Below, piece after piece: positions 60,017-64,000 of a stretch of DNA of 64,000 nucleotides. The notes beneath the pieces were generated by a model. The model did not search any database and had not been told where the DNA came from. It worked only from the letters and a program-made list of their open reading frames with translations. The stretch's first letter is position 1; each line of letters starts with the position of its first letter. Source of the DNA: Octopus bimaculoides (taxonomy: Eukaryota); contig NC_068985.1 of assembly GCF_001194135.2 (NCBI RefSeq), positions 17,858,333 through 17,922,332 of the forward strand. Direction: 5' to 3'. The position numbers and the translations under genes are program-made.

Positions 60017-62173
60017 TTATGGTGCAATTTTCAGCAGATATATATCATACTTAAAATGATCAGGATCCTACATTTGAAGAGGATGCTCTTTATTCGTCAC
60101 CAACTGGAGAGTATTATCTCATTCTAATACGCTTCTTTTGTGTTTCGTATTATCATTACTGATTCGGTTTCATTCTGTTGATGGATACTCAACTAAGGAG
60201 AGAAATGCTGAATTGTACTTTGAAATTTATTTTTAGCATTTTATTTCAACGCCAATACGAATACGTTTTCTAAAAACGTTTGGGATAGAGGATGATACGT
60301 ATGTAGTCCCCACGATGTTTGCTACGTATTTACCTTGCAGTTTCCTTTCTTGTAAGATTGATTTTCCGTTTTTGGAGATTGTAACGACGTAACATTTTGA
60401 AATATAAATTCCATACTTAAAATATTTTCCTGTAGAACCAGAGAATAACGATCATTATGTAAAACGGATAAGTCACAAGCAAACCTATTATTTTGAATTT
60501 ATCAGAAAATTGTTTGCATTTTGATGCAGACAGAGGGGATTTTTGCGTGTTGAAGTAAAGCATTCCCTTCCGCCAGCCTTAAATGGATTTGTAAACGTTC
60601 AATGGTATGCTGAAATACTTGAATCCTTTTAAACCTGATTTTTCTAGCCGTTCCTTAACACCAGTCAAAGAGCTCTTTCAAATTTGAACAGGCTCTTTCA
60701 GATTTGAACTACATTGAAGGGAATGAATTACTGTTAAGAAATGATACTAAAATTTCTGTTGGGCAACGTACCAAGTTAATTTTATTAACGTATTTTTAGA
60801 GGGAGAAAAGAAAAGAAAAAAAACATCAAAAGTATAAAAGATCAAATTATCGAGTAAAAAACAAAAGAAAACATTGTTACTTCACCAAGGAAATACAGAT
60901 AAAGAAAAAAACGGTTGGCGGGAAATTAAGCGGCAGAAAGTGTGGGGAGGAGGTAACGGGTTGCACAGCCCGGAACAAATGGTGTGTTTAGCCGCGCCAA
61001 GCGAACATTATTGCAAAAGCATTGCCACGGAGAACAGCCACCTTATCTTGCGGGGCTCATTTCTCAGATGGATAGCAGATATCCGAATTTTGCGGAGGAA
61101 ATCTGCAGTACGGGATCCGAGAACACCTGAAGCCTTGACGGCAACCGGCAAAACACTTAAACGTGACTCTCACCTACTTTTTCAATGAACAATAATAATA
61201 TATTGTAGAAGTATTGGTACCAACTGGTACTCTGTTCTCGATATCACCAAATGTATGTATTTGTTTATGTGGCATTAATTACATATATATGCAATTAAAC
61301 ATACATATGTATATATGTATGTACATAGGTTTACATATATTGTATCATGCCTTGATACCGTCTGGACTGGCATTCCTATTGACTGGCCGCTGATATTAAA
61401 TATAGTAGCAAACACTTAAAGTATGCAAATTAGTTGCTCCAGTTCGCTGAAGCTACTAGATTTATTGTGTATGTAAACGGAATGGCTTCTTATTTCTCTC
61501 AGATTGATAAAATTGATGTAGACAGTTCCGATGAGAACCCAATTGGGATAGAAAATCGATTAATGCTGCCGTTTCTCCGTCATTGCGCTTCATCAACTAA
61601 GTATACGGAGTCACCGTTGATGTTCACTAAGAACTGGTTGCTCTAATATTAGAAAATCAAATGATATACTTACTGATATGTGAAAAGCTTTAACAAGCTG
61701 GAATAAATTCATTAGATACGCGAATGAAATATAGTTCTGTTCAATCATTTTAAACATGTTCATGTACATTCGGGCAAGGAAAGACATATCTTACAGAAAT
61801 TGTCGGGAGAAGAAAGTCCTCTTATAGACAATATGGGTGTAAGCACTCCACTAAGTCATGAAAAGCGTCACCTACGGTGGGACGCATGCATTTCTGTGTG
61901 AATACATTTCATCAGCGACGTATACCAAACCGTCGTTCATGGACACTAAGGGCTATTCTTTCCATGTCCTAGTGCACACGAATATGTTAAATATAATTGT
62001 AAATAAGTATATTTTATTCAACGCTGCTTAGTGCCCCTCATATATATATATATATACACTAGCGTAGCTAGAGTGTGTGCTGCCCCCGGACCCCACAAAA
62101 ATTACATATTGCCTACACCAGACCCAAAAGTGACGCCCCTTTAAAAGTTCCACCCAGGTCGGACCGCTAGTGT

Positions 62174-62213
<40 letters not shown>

Positions 62214-62571
62214 CACACGTGTGTGTGTATGCCTGTGTGTGCTATATATGTTTGTATATGTGTCTGTATGTACGTTTACATGTATGTGCATGTTTGTATG
62301 CGTGTAGTAGTAGTAGTAGTAGTAGTAGATATCCTAACGGGTCTGACCTACAAAGGGAATATGTTAACTTTGGTGATTATTGTGACACGCATCAAAATAT
62401 ACAATCATTGCTCTACACATCATGTATAAACGTGTAATTTTGTCATCTTCGAATATGGTCGGTGCTGCACTTGCTTAATCAACATCTTAAGGCTTTTTAC
62501 GGAGAATAGGTGTTTCTCATACGGTTAAAGGAGAGTGAAAATAATCGTGAGTGATAGACAAAGTTACATCA

Positions 62572-62898
62572 ACTGGTATTCCGTCGGTTGCGACGATGAG
62601 TGTTCCAGTTGATCCGATCAACGGAACAGGCTGCTCGTAAAATTAATGAGCAAGTGGCTAAGCACCCATAAATACGCGTGCCCTCTAAGTAGTTCCCGGA
62701 GAGATTCAGTGTGACACATAATGTGATAAGGCCGGTCCTTTGAATTACGGGTACAACTCATTTTTGCCAGTTGAGTGGACTGGAGCAACGTGAAATAAAG
62801 GTTGTCTTGCTCAAGGTGACAACGCGCCACCAGGAATTGAACTTTCAACCTTACGATCGCAAGCCGAATTCCCTAACCATTAAGCTATGCGCTTTCAC
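62572..62898 (-). mobile_element. Diverged SINE with family C tail but a different central domain
   Basis: Shares CCAGTTGATCCGATCAACGGAACAG...CCTTTGAATTAC with family C, but the middle is AGTTGAGTGGACTGGAGCAACGTGAAAT...TTGCTCAAGG; tRNA-like head near 62898. Confidence 0.75.
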
Positions 62899-64000
62899 CA
62901 GAAAATATGGACCGCTTCACGAAGTTGCGTGACAGATATGCATAATTAAAGCATCGTGAATAGTCTCCTTGATTTCACAAAGTTGATGCTTTTAGAAAAT
63001 AATTTTATTTCTGAAAACAGCTAAACATAATTGATGTCTTTGCCGGAAAAAAAAAGAAAAGGAAACTAGTTTACTGATGTTTCGTAAAGTTTTGATTGAA
63101 TAATATTTGACTTAATTTTCTTAACAAATCTAAATGCAAATTGAAGAGTTACTTTGATTATTACTATTATTTTATTTTATTTTATTTTTTTGAGCTAATA
63201 AGAAAACTTACTATAGTGGTGTTAATTCTCTAAATGAGGTATTAACAGTAACTGCACGATAAAGTGAAGTATATTGCCACTTAAATGTGGCTGACCCCTA
63301 GGGGTGGATGTTACTGTTGCTTTTAGCCCCAGGAGGACATCTCCTCCAGCTGGCTTATCGACACACTTTTGTGTCCTGTTTGTTTTGCCAAGGGAAGTTA
63401 TCCCTCTCACGATGCTAATACAAATTTCTTTCCTATGAGAATGGATGATGCCGATTCTTTGTGCATAGAATGTTAATAAATCTATTTATCTTATTGATAA
63501 CTTTATTTGTCTTTTACTTGTAACAATTGAAAAATAAGATATTTTCTGGTAATAATTAAACACAATTGATATTTCATCGGAAGTAAAGCGATTGTTTATG
63601 TTTTGTAAGATTTGTGACTGAATCATAACTTTAATTATTAAAAAAAAATATTCATTGAAACGGTACAGTCACTATGACGAATAGTAGATGATCCAAAATT
63701 ATGTACCTTTAGAAGTTGTTCTCAATGCCGCCTTAAAACATGGGCACACTGGGCATTTGGCTAGGGGTCTCACGGAGCTAGGGGCCTAATTTTGATCCAT
63801 GTATGCTAAATTCTAGGGTCTAGGGCATTGATCTTCTCGGGTAGTGGGTTATAAAGCTGCTATGACGAATCCACCAGAAGTCATTTAGCTGACTGCAGAG
63901 CAACTGAGAAAAGGAGAAAAGTTTGTGGTTCACGATGCTAATATGAATTCCTTTCACATGAAAAGGAATGATATCGAATGTCTGGTTCTTTGTTCATAGC

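Noticed and set aside
61434-61646. 70-aa ORF with an internal acceptor-like site
   Set aside because: No recognisable homology, no matching donor and no partner exons in the window.
63290-63385. HDV-like ribozyme (begins GGCTGAC like some retrotransposon ribozymes)
   Set aside because: Manual fold gives only 5 of 7 P1 pairs and the L3 loop lacks the TCC consensus; an RNArobo/Infernal search would settle it.

Overview
Eukaryotic, AT-rich, intron- and repeat-rich genomic DNA with eight assembly gaps. The SINE/RTE repertoire and (TA)n/(CA)n content suggest an octopod cephalopod (inference). I could reconstruct two complete housekeeping genes head-to-head. TADA3/ADA3 (SAGA/ATAC subunit) is on the minus strand with 9 coding exons (37307 to 1465); all splice phases close, giving 1308 nt = 435 aa. 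PIGV (GPI mannosyltransferase II) is on the plus strand with 3 coding exons (43972 to 56786), 1488 nt = 495 aa. Their 5' ends share a roughly 120-bp interval containing two CCAAT boxes. The introns hold three tRNA-derived SINE families, several RTE LINE fragments, an L2/CR1 fragment, and DNA-transposon relics: a near-complete Merlin with TIRs, TSD and decayed transposase; mariner, hAT and piggyBac miniatures; a Helentron-associated element; and an unclassified MITE with a 6-bp TSD. A perfect 88-bp foldback, an inverted duplication and several inverted SINE pairs are candidate dsRNA/ADAR substrates. A 33-bp minisatellite lies downstream of PIGV. I found no evidence of a CRISPR array or of a wholly new multi-gene system. 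The most unusual items are the Merlin fossil, the ultra-compact bidirectional promoter with a uORF, the 6-bp-TSD MITE and the foldback. All alignments were done by eye; no database searches were run.
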